A stretch of 63,824 bases of DNA, filler included, from Lama guanicoe (Eukaryota): NCBI GenBank assembly GCA_013239625.1. It is 179 parts of 179 records of this genome, joined end to end, with 100 filler letters (N's around TTAATTAATTAA, not from the genome) between each part and the next. Parts side by side here need not be neighbours in the genome. Positions count along the whole stretch, not along the records: positions 24,626 to 24,882 come from PNXV01049505.1; positions 24,983 to 25,239 come from PNXV01049506.1; positions 25,340 to 25,596 come from PNXV01049507.1; positions 25,697 to 25,953 come from PNXV01049508.1; positions 26,054 to 26,310 come from PNXV01049509.1; positions 26,411 to 26,667 come from PNXV01049510.1; positions 26,768 to 27,024 come from PNXV01049511.1; positions 27,125 to 27,380 come from PNXV01049512.1; 171 more parts are not named here. One strand, 5' to 3'. Made by a program: the position numbers and the translations under genes. The notes under the pieces were generated by a model, which ran no database searches, was not told where the DNA came from, and saw only the letters and a list, made by a program, of their open reading frames with translations. Shown in pieces: positions 24,626-37,833 of the stretch. Every line of letters starts with the position of its first letter. Position 1 is the first letter of the stretch.

Positions 24626-24882
24626 GAAGATAGAAATTATCTCAAGCATCATTACTGATCACAACACCATGAAACTAGAAATCAACTATAGAGAAACACA
24701 GGAGGAAAAAAGGAAAGCATGGAGATTAAACAACATCCTATTAAAAAACCAGTGAGTCAATGAGGAAATCAAAATTGAAATAAAAAAAAATAACTTGAGA
24801 CAAGTGAAAATGAAAACACGACCACAAAGAGTTTATGGGACACGGCAAAGGCAGTGCTAAGAGGGAAGTTTATAGCGATACA
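24626..24882 (+). mobile_element. L1 ORF2 fragment (end of endonuclease domain)
   Basis: KIEIISSIITDHNTMKLEINY...WRLNNILLKNQ...LWDTAKAVLRGKFIAI. Confidence 0.96.
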
Positions 24883-24982
24883 NNNNNNNNNNNNNNNNNN
24901 NNNNNNNNNNNNNNNNNNNNNNNNNNTTAATTAATTAANNNNNNNNNNNNNNNNNNNNNNNNNNNNNNNNNNNNNNNNNNNN

Positions 24983-25239
24983 CCGATAAACTTTCCTGGA
25001 GCCCTCCCCGCCTCCCAATCCTGGTTGGCACGTCCTGGGTGCTGGAGAGGAATGGCGCTCCCCCTCCCCATTTCCGCGTCTGCAGGGTCTGCCCTTCCCT
25101 GCCCCCGCCCATTTTCTCCGGACTGAAGCCCCGCGCCCCCGTCAGAGCCGCCCGCAGACTGCGGCCGCCACCCCTCTCCCCAAGTGTCCCCCTCCCTCGG
25201 CGCTCTGGGCTAGGAGGGGGTAAGGTGGGTAGGGGTCCC
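24983..25239. promoter_or_regulatory. CpG-island / GC-box-rich fragment
   Basis: High GC, many CpGs, CCCCGCCC motif at ~25102. Confidence 0.5.
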
Positions 25240-25696
25240 NNNNNNNNNNNNNNNNNNNNNNNNNNNNNNNNNNNNNNNNNNNNTTAATTAATTAANNNNN
25301 NNNNNNNNNNNNNNNNNNNNNNNNNNNNNNNNNNNNNNNGATCCAGTCAAGTTGCCACATAAAATTAACCATCACATCTGCTCTCACTCCTTTGATGAGC
25401 CACATGAACATGCCCTCACATCCTGCATTTGCCACATTTTTTCATCCTGACTTTGGAAATGTTTCTCCCTTTGAATCAAATGGCTTCTCTTTTTCTCGAT
25501 GACTGCTATTATTTTTTTAATCCTTGAAACTCCCTTCATAGTCACAACATAGTGATGACTCTGAATTGACCTGGGCAACAATAATTTCCTGATGCTNNNN
25601 NNNNNNNNNNNNNNNNNNNNNNNNNNNNNNNNNNNNNNNNTTAATTAATTAANNNNNNNNNNNNNNNNNNNNNNNNNNNNNNNNNNNNNNNNNNNN

Positions 25697-25953
25697 TTTG
25701 GCAATTCTGGGTCTTTCGTGGTTCCATATAAATTTTAGGATTATTTGTTCTAGCTCTGTGAAACATGTCCTGGGTGATTTGATAGGGATCGCATTAAATC
25801 TGTAGATTGCCTTGGGCAGTGTGGCCATTTTAATGATACTGATTCTTCCAAGAGCATGGGACATCTTTCCATTTCTTTAAGTCTTCTTTAATTTCCTTGG
25901 TCAGTGTTTTGTAGTTCTCTGTGTATAAGTCTTTCACCTCCTTGGTCAGATTT
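25697..25953 (-). mobile_element. Relatively young L1 ORF2 fragment
   Basis: [30 protein letters not shown]...[17 protein letters not shown]. Confidence 0.97.
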
Positions 25954-27124
25954 NNNNNNNNNNNNNNNNNNNNNNNNNNNNNNNNNNNNNNNNNNNNTTA
26001 ATTAATTAANNNNNNNNNNNNNNNNNNNNNNNNNNNNNNNNNNNNNNNNNNNNTTCTGCAGGTTGGACGAGTCGGAGACACAGAGATGGGAACGGAGAGG
26101 GTAGTGGAGGGGCCACAAACCAGCAAGAATGTAGCAAAAGGGATGTGACAGATCTGAACGTATCGTCTTTCCAAACAGCCTCACCGACCATCTGGGTCTC
26201 TGGATGCGGGACTTAACTTGCTAAGCCACACCGAAGTCCTCGGCAAACCAAGATGCACGGTCACCCGCTTTCCCAATAAAGAAAAATTTTGTCCGTGGAA
26301 AAAGGGGGGANNNNNNNNNNNNNNNNNNNNNNNNNNNNNNNNNNNNNNNNNNNNTTAATTAATTAANNNNNNNNNNNNNNNNNNNNNNNNNNNNNNNNNN
26401 NNNNNNNNNNCTCACCAAATTTGGACTTTCATACATTAGGCACAAAAATCATCTCAATGCATTTGTCAGCCAGCATTTTAGCTTGAGTGACATCTTCACC
26501 TTTGTTAATCAGACGGTGCAATTACATAAAAACTGGACCTCAAGGGCTTTTGGAATATGCTGCGGAAAAGAGCAGAGGTACCCTGGGGACGTCACCCAAG
26601 TGGCGCTGGTGGTGGTGCTGGTGGCGGTGCAGGGGCTCCCTGGCACAGGCGAGCTCTGAGCTGGGAGNNNNNNNNNNNNNNNNNNNNNNNNNNNNNNNNN
26701 NNNNNNNNNNNTTAATTAATTAANNNNNNNNNNNNNNNNNNNNNNNNNNNNNNNNNNNNNNNNNNNNTTGTTTAATGTTATTTGAAATTTCAAAGAAATT
26801 ATCATGACTTAAAAGCACATGAAGCCAGTGGGGAATTTGAAGGTGCTTTTTCAGACGGTTCATTCCATCTCCCGCTCACCTCGGGGAAGCTGTCATTGTT
26901 GCCCTGGCAAAAAATAAAAGGGACGCAGCATTGAAGGCGATGGGAGGCTGTCTGTGTGTTCTGAAGGCGGAGCCGACAGGGTGTGCTCACGACCAGGCGA
27001 GGAACAGGCCCCCGTGAGCTGGAGNNNNNNNNNNNNNNNNNNNNNNNNNNNNNNNNNNNNNNNNNNNNTTAATTAATTAANNNNNNNNNNNNNNNNNNNN
27101 NNNNNNNNNNNNNNNNNNNNNNNN

Positions 27125-27380
27125 TACAAGATATTGAATATAGTTCCCTGTGCTAAACAGAAGAAATTTGTTTCTTTATCCATTTTTATGTGTAGTAGTT
27201 AACCTTTGCAAATCTCAAACTCCCAGATTTGTCCCTTTCTACCTGCTTTCCCCCGGTAACCATAATATTGTTTACTATGTGAATCTGTTTCTGTTTTGTA
27301 GATGAGTTCATTAGTGTCGTCTTTTTTTTTCTTTTTTAAGATTCCACATATGAGTGATATATGGTATTTTTCTTTCTCTT
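27125..27380 (-). mobile_element. L1 3' UTR (camelid type)
   Basis: TACAAGATATTGAATATAGTTCCCTGTGCT...AGATTCCACATATGAGTGAT. Confidence 0.92.
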
Positions 27381-27480
27381 NNNNNNNNNNNNNNNNNNNN
27401 NNNNNNNNNNNNNNNNNNNNNNNNTTAATTAATTAANNNNNNNNNNNNNNNNNNNNNNNNNNNNNNNNNNNNNNNNNNNN

Positions 27481-27737
27481 CTTCCCCAACTTGGGAAAGG
27501 AAACAGTCACCCAAGTCCTGGAAGCACAGGGAGTACCACACAGAATCAACCCAAAGAGGAACACACCAAGGCATCTAGTCATCAAATTGACAACAATTAA
27601 GGATAAGGAGAAAAAATTAAAATTAGCAAGAGAAAAGGAACAAATAACATACAAGGGAACTCCCGTAACATTATCAGCTGATTTTTCAGCAGAAACTTTA
27701 CAGGCCGGAAGGGAGTGGCACGATGTATTTAAAGTGA
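27481..27737 (+). mobile_element. L1 ORF1p fragment (RRM/CTD), frame open throughout
   Basis: FPNLGKETVTQVLEAQGVPHRINPKRNTPRHLVIKL...YKGTPVTLSADFSAETLQAGREW. Confidence 0.97.
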
Positions 27738-30693
27738 NNNNNNNNNNNNNNNNNNNNNNNNNNNNNNNNNNNNNNNNNNNNTTAATTAATTAANNNNNNN
27801 NNNNNNNNNNNNNNNNNNNNNNNNNNNNNNNNNNNNNGGAATGGCCCCACCTGAGCAGGGTCCCCTGTGTCCCGCCCTCTGTGCCCTCCCAGAGCCTGGA
27901 ACAGGTCTAGGCAGGGCGGGATGCCCAATCAGTCAGCTTTTGCCAAATTAATTAACGTGTGCATGAATCAACCTTTTGAAGTGGTTTGAGACCTGAGAAA
28001 GGTTCTGACTTCATTACGTCAGGTGATGGAAATCAGCCTTTCCATAATCACAACGGGTCTGCGTCAGACATTTTAAAACATCTAACTCAGCCAGNNNNNN
28101 NNNNNNNNNNNNNNNNNNNNNNNNNNNNNNNNNNNNNNTTAATTAATTAANNNNNNNNNNNNNNNNNNNNNNNNNNNNNNNNNNNNNNNNNNNNAGATGA
28201 AGTCTCACCTTCCAATCTGCTTTCTCATTAGTTCCTTCCAAAGCAAAGTCTTAAAGCTGTGATTGACACTTTTCTCATAATGAATCCTCTCAGGATGTTG
28301 TGTAGCCTGTGGTAAGTACAAAGGGAGAGGAAGACATTTTTAACTTTAAGAGCTTTATTATTAGTATAACCCTCCCTAGTTGAATGTTGTTCTCCTCTTG
28401 TTCCATTAAGTCAAAATACAAATCAGCACAGTTACTCAGTTTCCAATATTTNNNNNNNNNNNNNNNNNNNNNNNNNNNNNNNNNNNNNNNNNNNNTTAAT
28501 TAATTAANNNNNNNNNNNNNNNNNNNNNNNNNNNNNNNNNNNNNNNNNNNNTGTTTCCACAGCCCCTCACCAGCATGCCGGCCACTTAACTCTGCTTGTC
28601 AGTGCCAGTGACCAGTGAGCCCAGCCTGGGCTGGCCTGCCCGGTTCCCCATTCACGGGAACACACCCAAGTGCCCTCCTCAGCCGCCTCTCCCAACTGAG
28701 CGCCTGGCTTGAGTGATTTCAATCCTAACTATTCATTTACACTCTCACTCCAAACCTCTCCCAACCAAGAACACAAAAATCAGAAAACTGTATGAACTTC
28801 GTGATTTTNNNNNNNNNNNNNNNNNNNNNNNNNNNNNNNNNNNNNNNNNNNNTTAATTAATTAANNNNNNNNNNNNNNNNNNNNNNNNNNNNNNNNNNNN
28901 NNNNNNNNGCAAAGGCACGGAGACACACCTGTTCACACCCGTGCACACCAGCCCGCAACACCTGTGTGTGTGCATCGAGGGCGTCCTCTGCTTAGAAAAC
29001 CCTGACTGACAACTGGCTAGACGGCAGCTGTGTCTCCAGGAATCTGCATGTGGTCACCATGCTGGTGCCACTGAGGGCGCAGCCACAGCAGTGACCAGTG
29101 TTACCAAAATAAAGCATGCCAGTCACTGAGTGGTCTCACTGGCTTTGTGATTTTGTTAGGTATTTNNNNNNNNNNNNNNNNNNNNNNNNNNNNNNNNNNN
29201 NNNNNNNNNTTAATTAATTAANNNNNNNNNNNNNNNNNNNNNNNNNNNNNNNNNNNNNNNNNNNNGAACTGAATGGAAGCCTGCAGACCATCTGATCATT
29301 CAATGTCCTTGTTTTCAGAAGAGGAAAACGAGGCACTCACTGTCAGCCATCTTTTCCATGTGAGATACATTAAATGCGTTTGTCTCTTTACAAAAATTTT
29401 AAGGAGATACAGTTTTGCATTTGAAGACTGACTGTCAGGAACTGATCGGCTAAATGTGGAGGTAGATTTGCTTCATACTGACTGTTGCGATACTGAAGTT
29501 CAGTATCGGTAACCTCGGTGCCNNNNNNNNNNNNNNNNNNNNNNNNNNNNNNNNNNNNNNNNNNNNTTAATTAATTAANNNNNNNNNNNNNNNNNNNNNN
29601 NNNNNNNNNNNNNNNNNNNNNNCCTCCCCCTCCTTTTTAAAATATTTCTGAAATATGTATGAAATTCTCTGTGAATATCATTCTTTCTATAGTTACTGAG
29701 AAAAGTGCTATAAGAAAACGGAACCTCTGCTGTTATCGGGGCACCTAGAATTCATTACAAAGTTCAACAACAACCGATTTTGGTTTTTGTCTTTAGTCCT
29801 ACAAACTCCAATCATTTAGGAAGTTAGGTCAGTAGGTTTTCCCCTGCCCCTCTGGTTTCGTATGTTTACAATATAGTTANNNNNNNNNNNNNNNNNNNNN
29901 NNNNNNNNNNNNNNNNNNNNNNNTTAATTAATTAANNNNNNNNNNNNNNNNNNNNNNNNNNNNNNNNNNNNNNNNNNNNCCCACATTTATCAATGCTGTT
30001 GAGACAATCTTGAGGTAATTCTTCATGAAGCAGTTTAAATTCCAGCCAAGAATTTTTACCTGAGCTGTCAGGTAAGACTGAGCCCCAGGTGGATGGAACC
30101 GGATGTGCTGGTTCTGTACAAAAGAAGACCCCAAAATCTTGGCAGCCATCTTCAGATTTGGCATGTTGTGAGGTGCAGAGCAGAGACGCAGGGAGAACAT
30201 GTTTTGTTTGGCTCAGGTTTGGATTTCACCAAGGTTNNNNNNNNNNNNNNNNNNNNNNNNNNNNNNNNNNNNNNNNNNNNTTAATTAATTAANNNNNNNN
30301 NNNNNNNNNNNNNNNNNNNNNNNNNNNNNNNNNNNNCCTGAATGCAGTAAAATTGAAAAATTAATCAGGAATAAGTGTTCTGGAGTTGTGTGTACTTAGT
30401 TGCTCTCTTTAGAGAAATTTTACATTATAAGACCAAAAAGTTAATTTTATGTATGTTTTGAAAAATGCTACATGGAACTTAGAAATATCAACTGTAATCA
30501 AAAGTAAGTAGGATAGGGCCTATATATGAGCACAGGATAGATGTTCAGTGATGAATCTTTTAAGATCTCAAGGATAGATTTTCCAGATTAGTANNNNNNN
30601 NNNNNNNNNNNNNNNNNNNNNNNNNNNNNNNNNNNNNTTAATTAATTAANNNNNNNNNNNNNNNNNNNNNNNNNNNNNNNNNNNNNNNNNNNN

Positions 30694-30950
30694 ATCAAAA
30701 ACATACAATAGGTTCACAAAAAACAAAAAGAGAGAACACAAGCGTAATACAAAAGAAAACTATCAAACCACAAAAGGAAAAACAAAAAGGAAAAGAAAGG
30801 AACAAAGGAGAAATACAAAATCAAACAGAAAACAAGGTTTAAAATGGCAATCCAAACATATATATCAATAATTACCATAAACATCAATGGATTAATGCTC
30901 TAATCAAAGACACAGAGTGGCAGATTGGATAATAAAAACAAGAGCCTTCA
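30694..30950 (+). mobile_element. L1 inter-ORF region and ORF2 start (ATG ~30844)
   Basis: A-rich spacer followed by MAIQTYISIITININGL...RHRVADWIIKQ. Confidence 0.9.
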
Positions 30951-31764
30951 NNNNNNNNNNNNNNNNNNNNNNNNNNNNNNNNNNNNNNNNNNNNTTAATT
31001 AATTAANNNNNNNNNNNNNNNNNNNNNNNNNNNNNNNNNNNNNNNNNNNNACACGATACCACCAGAGAGGCTACTACAAAGCACTTGCATCCTGGTACTA
31101 GTGACAAGTTCCCTCCCACTTGGAAGGGGCCATATCAGATCATGTAAAATATCCCTGTCAGACCTTGGTCAGGGTCAGGATATTTGCAATGCTTGGCTTT
31201 TACCAGACCAGCTTTGGAAGTATTCATCTAAAGAACTTTCTGTTGAAATGTCTTGTACTCAATATTCTACCAGGTACTTCTCCCTGTTCCTTGCCAAATA
31301 AAGTGGCNNNNNNNNNNNNNNNNNNNNNNNNNNNNNNNNNNNNNNNNNNNNTTAATTAATTAANNNNNNNNNNNNNNNNNNNNNNNNNNNNNNNNNNNNN
31401 NNNNNNNTTTTTTTTTTCCTTTTTCAGTTTTATTAGGTAGAATTATCACATCTTGATTATTTTTCCAAACCTACTTAGAGAACTGCTTGTTGTTAGCTAT
31501 CAAGGACATTCATCTCTCCAATTTTTTAGTTTGTCAGGTCTTTTTGTTCACATATGACCTTCAAGATTTAGGCTGTAGAGCACTATGAGACAAATGGAGA
31601 ATAGAATTATGTAAGTTTTATTACATTATAACTCTCACCTCTCAAAATCTAGGAGAGGAATCTGNNNNNNNNNNNNNNNNNNNNNNNNNNNNNNNNNNNN
31701 NNNNNNNNTTAATTAATTAANNNNNNNNNNNNNNNNNNNNNNNNNNNNNNNNNNNNNNNNNNNN

Positions 31765-32021
31765 AAATAAGTTCAAAATGGCAATAAACACTCATCTATC
31801 ATTAATTACTGTGTATGTCAATGGACTAAATGCTCCAATCAAAAGGCATAGAGTGGCAGATGGGATAATAAAGGAAGAACCCTCAATATGCTACATACAA
31901 GAGACTCACTTCAGTGAGGACACATACAGAGTGAGTGAAAGGATGGAAAAGGATACTCCATGCAAATGGAAAAGCCAAGAAAGCAGGTATAGCAATACAG
32001 ATTTCAGACAAAATAGACTTT
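31765..32021 (+). mobile_element. L1 ORF2 N-terminus (endonuclease), frameshifted
   Basis: MAINTHLSLITVYVNGLNAPIKRHRVADGIIKEEPSICYIQETHF. Confidence 0.95.
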
Positions 32022-34620
32022 NNNNNNNNNNNNNNNNNNNNNNNNNNNNNNNNNNNNNNNNNNNNTTAATTAATTAANNNNNNNNNNNNNNNNNNNNNNN
32101 NNNNNNNNNNNNNNNNNNNNNCTAGCCGGGCATTAACTCATGCCGAAAGCCCCAGTGTGATTTCCTTCCCTTGTCCTCTTAATTGATCTTCTTATTTACC
32201 TTCACAGCCATTATTTTGGGAGCAAATTAAATGTCAATACCTCTCAATAAGTTTTCTGAAACCAACCTTATTATATTCTCCAGGCAGGAATGTCATTGGC
32301 ATAGCTGTGTTCATTTGTTATTGCCATCAACAGAATTGGTTAAGCCACCACTGACTAAGCACCTACAACAAGCCAGCTNNNNNNNNNNNNNNNNNNNNNN
32401 NNNNNNNNNNNNNNNNNNNNNNTTAATTAATTAANNNNNNNNNNNNNNNNNNNNNNNNNNNNNNNNNNNNNNNNNNNNACAAAGAAACGATGGCCTTCCG
32501 TTAGATTCAGCAAATGCTGGGTTTATGCCTACTCTGGGGTGAAGTGAGTGTGGTAAGTGAGTGGAATCATTGACTGAAGGGTAATATGTATTAGACCTCA
32601 GTTTTTCAAGACAGTGTAGGCAAATATTATGTCAGATAGTGAAATGAACTGTAAAAGTAGCCAATGACATTAAAGACAGTGCTTACGTGGACAGTCTTTC
32701 ACTTGAGTCAAGCCCCTGGGGCACTATATCATGGGNNNNNNNNNNNNNNNNNNNNNNNNNNNNNNNNNNNNNNNNNNNNTTAATTAATTAANNNNNNNNN
32801 NNNNNNNNNNNNNNNNNNNNNNNNNNNNNNNNNNNGCTTGATGCAAGGTTAAAACCTAGAGATACTTCACTACAACCTGCCCCTAGCCTACCTGCCCAGA
32901 ATCCCTTGGCAAAAAGGTAACAGGTGAGTTTCACCTGCTGGCTTGGAATGACCCCATGCTGGGCTTCCTGTGGCCATTGGGATTACCATCTTTAGAAATA
33001 ATCCATTCTCAAATTAATTCTAAAAACTGGCTAGGCATTTAGAAAGATAGCAAGTTGGATACCTCCCTCTGTGTTCATTCCAAAATAAATTTNNNNNNNN
33101 NNNNNNNNNNNNNNNNNNNNNNNNNNNNNNNNNNNNTTAATTAATTAANNNNNNNNNNNNNNNNNNNNNNNNNNNNNNNNNNNNNNNNNNNNACGGCACT
33201 GTTTGATGTTTGGTTTCGGACAGCTTTTAAGCCTCACCCTCTGTCTCTCCCCTCTGTCCACATCTGAGCAAGCGGACAGCAGAACTCAGATGCCTCCTCC
33301 TTTGGCACCAGTAGGAGAGGAGGTTCAACCCACGCGAGTCCCTGTCCTCACAGAAGAAGCGGACCCCGGTGCAGCACGTAACCACTGCAAAATGCCAAGC
33401 CGTCCTGTCCTGCGCTCTCTGCCACATGCAGTCCTGCGAGGGAGCCACCNNNNNNNNNNNNNNNNNNNNNNNNNNNNNNNNNNNNNNNNNNNNTTAATTA
33501 ATTAANNNNNNNNNNNNNNNNNNNNNNNNNNNNNNNNNNNNNNNNNNNNTAGACGATTATCTAGATAGGTAGTTTACAAATTATTCATCCTAAACATAGA
33601 AAATAGAACACAATGAATTGGTGAATGTGTGTTTAATCACAAGAAATTGGGGCAAAGACCGAGGTGTCTGTCTAAATCAAAACAGTTTTAGTGTCTTGTT
33701 ATATGATGCAATTTTTATTCACTAACCAAAAACAGACTCATGGACGTAGAAAAAATCATTATGGTCACCAAAGGGGAAAGAGCAAGGGAGGAATACATTA
33801 GGAGTTNNNNNNNNNNNNNNNNNNNNNNNNNNNNNNNNNNNNNNNNNNNNTTAATTAATTAANNNNNNNNNNNNNNNNNNNNNNNNNNNNNNNNNNNNNN
33901 NNNNNNGGGCTGACTTGAACAGCCTTACTCGTGTACAGGGAACCCTGCAAGCTCCGTGTTCTGCACGTCGGCCAGTTAGGAGGAGAATAGAGGAGAATCT
34001 AATTTGGACATAAGCAATAGCTAGGAATGCAGAGCATATCCGTACCTACTGTACCCTGAGGCTTTATCATGTTGGTCACTTCATGCAGTCCTCACCATCT
34101 GGACACAGGTTCAGATATGCCTAGATATGGAGGCTCAAATTCAGGAAAAAGGTTTAAGTATTANNNNNNNNNNNNNNNNNNNNNNNNNNNNNNNNNNNNN
34201 NNNNNNNTTAATTAATTAANNNNNNNNNNNNNNNNNNNNNNNNNNNNNNNNNNNNNNNNNNNNGCAGCTCTCTTTACTCTGGGCTGGCTTGTCACTGCCC
34301 TGCCTGATGCTGGAGTCAGATGTTGCAGACTGACCAGGCAGGATTGGGCATCATGCCCTCTCGCAGCACCATGGTCAGGGGCTGCATTCCAGCTTAAATT
34401 TGAGGGTCCACTCACCCCTTCAGGTTGCCGATCACTCTGCTGCTCTGTGCCACTGTACACTCTGCATTGCTTTTGCACACCAGAAGTGGGCTCAGGGAAG
34501 ACTGAGGAACAGCCCTGTCCNNNNNNNNNNNNNNNNNNNNNNNNNNNNNNNNNNNNNNNNNNNNTTAATTAATTAANNNNNNNNNNNNNNNNNNNNNNNN
34601 NNNNNNNNNNNNNNNNNNNN

Positions 34621-34877
34621 TATTCTATATTCTGTTTTCTATATTCTATATTCTGTATTCTCTATTCTGAATTCCGTATTCTACACTCTATATTCTGTGT
34701 TCTACATCCCATATTCTAAATTCAATATGCACTATCCTGTATTCTATATTCCAATTATTGTGTTCTGCAATCCATGTTCTTAATTCTGTTATCTGTATGT
34801 TTTTTCCATATTCTATATTCTGTTTTCAACATTCTATATTCTAAATTCTATTTTCAGTATTCCGTATTCTATATTCT
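34621..34877 (-). repeat. Heptamer (AGAATAT)n satellite-like repeat, same family as 6425-6679
   Basis: (TATTCTA)n periodicity on the plus strand across the whole contig. Confidence 0.92.
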
Positions 34878-36094
34878 NNNNNNNNNNNNNNNNNNNNNNN
34901 NNNNNNNNNNNNNNNNNNNNNTTAATTAATTAANNNNNNNNNNNNNNNNNNNNNNNNNNNNNNNNNNNNNNNNNNNNACTGCAGCCCCGCCGGTCCCAGT
35001 GCCGCAGACGCCGCCGTGCTCGTCCGCAGGCACTCAGGGAGGCTCCCGAGCCCCGAGTCACACGTGGGAGCCCGCGGGTCAGGACAGGCCCGGGCGGGCG
35101 GGCACCTCGGGTGGGAGGGAGGAAGCCAGGCTGAGGCCGGGAGGTTTGGCAGGTTTGGAAGCCACTGCTAGTGTCTTGAATGAGACACACAGGCCTGTGC
35201 ACGAGGTGGGGCAGGAAAGGCTTCAGGAGGAAGCNNNNNNNNNNNNNNNNNNNNNNNNNNNNNNNNNNNNNNNNNNNNTTAATTAATTAANNNNNNNNNN
35301 NNNNNNNNNNNNNNNNNNNNNNNNNNNNNNNNNNCTCCCCGCCCGGCCCCACCCAGCCCCACTCTCCTTGTCCCACACTGCAGGAACCCCAGCCGGAGCT
35401 TCCCCTCTGTGGTCCAGCAGAGGTGGGGCAGGTATGGAAGCCTGGACGTCTGAGCCCGCCCAGAGCAATGGAAGCTGGGCAGGAGCCTGGTTCTCCTGGA
35501 CCGGCTACCCAAGGAGGAACATGGCCTGGGGTCTGGGCCGCCACTTTCTGTCGTCTCTGCTGCCTTCACCAGGCAGGTAAGGGGGCGCTGGNNNNNNNNN
35601 NNNNNNNNNNNNNNNNNNNNNNNNNNNNNNNNNNNTTAATTAATTAANNNNNNNNNNNNNNNNNNNNNNNNNNNNNNNNNNNNNNNNNNNNACCCCAACC
35701 CCAGCAGGAAATCCCTGGGCCTCGGGTCTTTGTCCCCTACCAGGGCCCTCAGGGTGTGTTGAGCATGTGCCCTCAGTGGCTCCAGCCCAGGGATAGTACC
35801 GGCCCCGGGCCCCAACCCCCCAAGATCCTCCTCTCCAAGGCCCCCTCATCTTTCATGCAGTGGAAGCCAGAGCCCAGGTCTTCAGGGAATCGAAGGCTGG
35901 CCCTTCCTCTCTGGAGATACCAGGGGCTCAGGATGGAGAGGAGGAGGCNNNNNNNNNNNNNNNNNNNNNNNNNNNNNNNNNNNNNNNNNNNNTTAATTAA
36001 TTAANNNNNNNNNNNNNNNNNNNNNNNNNNNNNNNNNNNNNNNNNNNNGGAAGCTACAATGATCAAATGGTGGTTGTTTTCATGACACAGTTTT

Positions 36095-36305
36095 TTTCTT
36101 TTTTTCTTCATTGAAGTACAGTTGATTTGCAACGTTTCAGGTGTACAGCAAAGTGATTCAGATATATATATATATGTGTATATATATATATACACATATA
36201 TATATGTATATATATATGTATATATATATCTGAATATATATATATCTGATATATATATATACACACACACATACATAAAACATACTCATATATACTTAAA
36301 TATAT
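36095..36305 (-). mobile_element. L1 extreme 3' end carrying an expanded (TA)n microsatellite
   Basis: TTGAAGTACAGTTGATTTGCAACGTTTCAGGTGTACAGCAAAGTGATTCAG followed by (TA)n/(CA)n. Confidence 0.85.
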
Positions 36306-37833
36306 NNNNNNNNNNNNNNNNNNNNNNNNNNNNNNNNNNNNNNNNNNNNTTAATTAATTAANNNNNNNNNNNNNNNNNNNNNNNNNNNNNNNNNNNNNNN
36401 NNNNNACAACTGAAGGAAAGTCTGGGCTTCAGTTAGTGGGAAAGGCTCAGAATAGCAAGCAGACAAATAAGCAGTAAACGTTAAGGACAGGAAAAATTCA
36501 GTCCAGTGTATTTCACAGCTCAGCTCCAAAGAACATCGAGGTGGCTGCTGCCAGGTTAACACCGACCATCGATCTGGCCCAGGGGGGCCCAGTGTTGGCT
36601 GCACAGTGACCACCTGCCTCACTTTGGAGAAACCCCAGTGCCCACCTGCCCTGGGACGTTGCNNNNNNNNNNNNNNNNNNNNNNNNNNNNNNNNNNNNNN
36701 NNNNNNTTAATTAATTAANNNNNNNNNNNNNNNNNNNNNNNNNNNNNNNNNNNNNNNNNNNNAGTATGATTTTTACTCTCCTAAGGTCAGTCCTTCCTCA
36801 ACCTCAGCAGCGATGATCTTTTCTAGATCTTGAGTTCGTGCAAGATAATTTACAACGGGAAAAATCATGACCTTTGCATAAATACAAAATGAATATATGT
36901 CAGATATCTTACTTAATTCATGCATGAGGAACTAGCAAGGTGCCATATGCTGATTGAAAAATAATTCAACAAGTATGTGCATATATGTGCAATGAGGTAT
37001 GCCAAAATGAATTTGTACCNNNNNNNNNNNNNNNNNNNNNNNNNNNNNNNNNNNNNNNNNNNNTTAATTAATTAANNNNNNNNNNNNNNNNNNNNNNNNN
37101 NNNNNNNNNNNNNNNNNNNATCTACATCATGGTTTTACTTTCTTAGATGTGGAATGGAAAATACCCCACTGCGGCTTTACAGGTTCCCGAAGAAAATCTA
37201 ATTCTATTAGAGCACTTTTACATACGCCCCCATTCAATTGTCTCAAGAATACTCTGAAGTATTATTGTTACCCCCAAAAGATAAAGACCCTGAATTTTGT
37301 CACACCTGAAGGACAAGTTTAGAGTCAGATGACGGTGTGTTGTGTAGCAAAAGATTTTAAAAGGTTTATTTAAATANNNNNNNNNNNNNNNNNNNNNNNN
37401 NNNNNNNNNNNNNNNNNNNNTTAATTAATTAANNNNNNNNNNNNNNNNNNNNNNNNNNNNNNNNNNNNNNNNNNNNTCATTTACTTAGAATATCTACTTA
37501 ATCCACACTGCAGTTGCCATGATCATATGATCCACTGTTGCCTTCCAGTGTGGTTTCACCAAACTGCGGCAGTATGATCCCATTTTAATCTATGTTTGTA
37601 AATGTTTTACTACTAAGACAACTTACATTTATGCTACTGACACCCTCCGTGTATGCATTCACATACTGAAACGCCTGTAGCGTATAATCACACATGTGAC
37701 ACTTCAGGGCAAAACTCTGCAAATGTTCATATGNNNNNNNNNNNNNNNNNNNNNNNNNNNNNNNNNNNNNNNNNNNNTTAATTAATTAANNNNNNNNNNN
37801 NNNNNNNNNNNNNNNNNNNNNNNNNNNNNNNNN

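Noticed and set aside
27947..27956. TTAATTAA inside a contig
   Set aside because: Not flanked by Ns and shorter than the 12-mer; a natural AT-rich motif near an L2-like tail.
28195..28451. 3'-UTR-like sequence
   Set aside because: I could not assign it to a gene from memory, and there is no supporting coding or poly(A) evidence in the fragment.
30413..30503. Exon-like segment between TCTCTTTAG and GTAAGT
   Set aside because: Stops in all three frames and no recognisable product.
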